Source of the DNA: Alphaproteobacteria bacterium | GTDB taxonomy: Bacteria; Pseudomonadota; Alphaproteobacteria; UBA828 | Direction of reading: 5' to 3' | Length of the DNA: 64,000 nucleotides | Assembly: GCA_965220745.1 (NCBI GenBank) | Contig: CBDCQT010000011.1 | Location: 288,001 to 352,000, forward strand | Part shown: positions 62,630-64,000 of the stretch, one piece after another | How positions within the stretch are numbered: the stretch's first letter is position 1 | Layout of the letters: each line of letters opens with the position of its first letter | Translations under genes and position numbers: made by a program | The notes under the pieces: model-generated | What the model was told of the DNA's origin: nothing | The model's database searches: none | Seen by the model: the letters and a program-made list of their open reading frames with translations, nothing else

Positions 62630-63688
62630 CTAGAGGCTTTTCGCAAACTCTTTGTTTGCAGCCGGTATCTCGGGAACGGTCCCCAGGTAGGCGTGGCGGG
62701 ACATGTCCGGCGAGTGCTTGCTCGCCGGCGGCTGGCGGCCGAGCGCTTCCGCCATGCTGCGGATGTGGTGGGGGGCCGCGCCGCAGCAGACCCCGAGGTA
62801 GCCGACGCCGAGCGCCTGCGCCTCTCTGGTGAACTCCGCGATCTCGTAGCGGTTGCAGGCGAGGTTATCGAGCCCGGTGGGGAAGGCGCGTCCCTCGGGC
62901 AGGCAGGCGCAGCCAGGATCGCTGAGGGAGAGGAAGGTCGGCTCGTCCTCGGTGGTGCGATAGGCCACCGGCAGCGCGGAGACGTGGCAGCTCACCGCTT
63001 CGTGGATCGGGCCCAGCAACGGCAGCATGGTCGCGGGGCCGCGCACGCAGTTGAGGCCGACCACGTCGGCGCCCGCGTCCTCCAGGCGCTTGCAGGCTTC
63101 GGCCGGGGTCAGTCCCTCGCGGGTGTGCGGGTCGCGGAAGATGGCGAGGTTGATCACCGCCGGCAGCCCGGTCTCCTTGATCGCTTCGAGCGCGAGCAGG
63201 GCCTCGCCCACGTGGCTGATGGTCTCGGCGACGAAGAAGTCCACGCCCTCATCGACGGCCCAGCCCACCTGCTCATCGAACATGGCGCGCACAGTCCGCG
63301 CGGACTCGGGATCGCCTTCGACGAAGATGTTGGAATTGCTGACGTTGCCGGCGACCAGGGCATTGCCTTCCTCCGCGACCGCCCGCGCAAGGCGGACCGC
63401 GGTGCGGTTCATTGGCTCAAGCTGGTCCTCCTTGCCGATCAGCCTGAGCTTCTCGCGATGGGCGTAATAGGTGAAGGCCAGCATGACGTCCGAGCCCGCG
63501 TGCAGGAATTCGCGATGCAGCTGGATTACGGCGTCAGGATGTTCCAGCACTGCTTCGGGCACGTAGGCGCCGGCGGTGAGATAGCCGCGGCGCTCGATCT
63601 CGAACAGATAGCCCTCGGCGCAAATGACGGGTCCTGCCGCCAGCCATTCGAGCAGACCCGATCCGATAGGCGGAGCAGCGCGGGTCAT
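62630..63688 (-). CDS. Homocysteine S-methyltransferase family protein (BHMT-like)
   Basis: ICAEGYLFE, AFTYY, GLNC and GVCCG zinc ligands; AAGGAG SD before ATG 63688. Confidence 0.9.
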   Translation of the reverse strand: MTRAAPPIGSGLLEWLAAGPVICAEGYLFEIERRGYLTAGAYVPEAVLEHPDAVIQLHREFLHAGSDVMLAFTYYAHREKLRLIGKEDQLEPMNRTAVRLARAVAEEGNALVAGNVSNSNIFVEGDPESARTVRAMFDEQVGWAVDEGVDFFVAETISHVGEALLALEAIKETGLPAVINLAIFRDPHTREGLTPAEACKRLEDAGADVVGLNCVRGPATMLPLLGPIHEAVSCHVSALPVAYRTTEDEPTFLSLSDPGCACLPEGRAFPTGLDNLACNRYEIAEFTREAQALGVGYLGVCCGAAPHHIRSMAEALGRQPPASKHSPDMSRHAYLGTVPEIPAANKEFAKSL

Positions 63689-63747
63689 TGAGGTGATCTC
63701 CTTGTTCGCGAAGGCCGCGGCCGGGGGCCGCGCGCGGGTGACAAGTG

Positions 63748-64000
63748 CTACAGGTTCTTCGCAAAATCCTTGTACACAGACGGGACCTTGTCCGAGGTGC
63801 CGTAGAAGGCGTGCGTGGACATGTCGGGCGAATACTTGCTCCCCGGCGGGCGGCGGCCGAGCGCCTCCGCCATGCTGCGGATGTGGTGGGGGGACGTGCC
63901 GCAGCAAACGCCGAGATAGTTGACGCCGAGCGCCTGCGCCTTCTTGGTGAACTCCTCGATCTCGTAGCGGTTGACGGTGAAAGGATCGAGCGCGGTGGGA
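63748..64000 (-). CDS. Second BHMT-like paralog, 3' end only
   Basis: Minus strand reads PTALDPFTVNRYEIEEFTKKAQALGVNYLGVCCGTSPHHIRSMAEALG...KDFAKNL*, colinear with the C-terminus of the downstream gene. Confidence 0.88.
   Translation of the reverse strand, partial: PTALDPFTVNRYEIEEFTKKAQALGVNYLGVCCGTSPHHIRSMAEALGRRPPGSKYSPDMSTHAFYGTSDKVPSVYKDFAKNL

Overview
High-GC alphaproteobacterial chromosome segment (Rhodospirillales-like gene order) that contains the predicted replication origin. oriC lies between hemE and the PPDK regulatory protein gene, flanked by hemE-hemH-hemJ-dcd-rho on one side and maf-aroE-coaE-dnaQ on the other. The mnmE-mnmG-rsmG-parA-parB block nearby carries a perfect parS site. 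Most of the window is housekeeping or metabolic: prfB with its +1 frameshift, PBP1A, amiC, a TRAP transporter, thiS-thiG, aroQ-accB-accC-aat and trpE(G). Accessory DNA is interspersed: a VapC locus with a chimeric antitoxin, an orphan VapB next to a deleted-toxin remnant, an orphan DNA methyltransferase, a Fic protein and a 110-bp structured repeat present twice. The best candidate for an undescribed system is a low-GC three-gene islet at 53.5-55.1 kb, bracketed by imperfect inverted repeats. It encodes a RelE/HigB-like toxin, an XRE antitoxin with a long C-terminal tail and a DUF6941-like beta protein, resembling a toxin-antitoxin-chaperone system with a non-SecB third component. The second candidate is a six-gene membrane redox operon at 58.3-62.5 kb: a ferric-reductase-Rieske fusion, a Cys-motif membrane protein, three small membrane proteins and a Rieske-FMN glutamate-synthase-like enzyme, next to tandem betaine-homocysteine methyltransferase-like genes. 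All family assignments come from motif recognition by eye; no database search was run.
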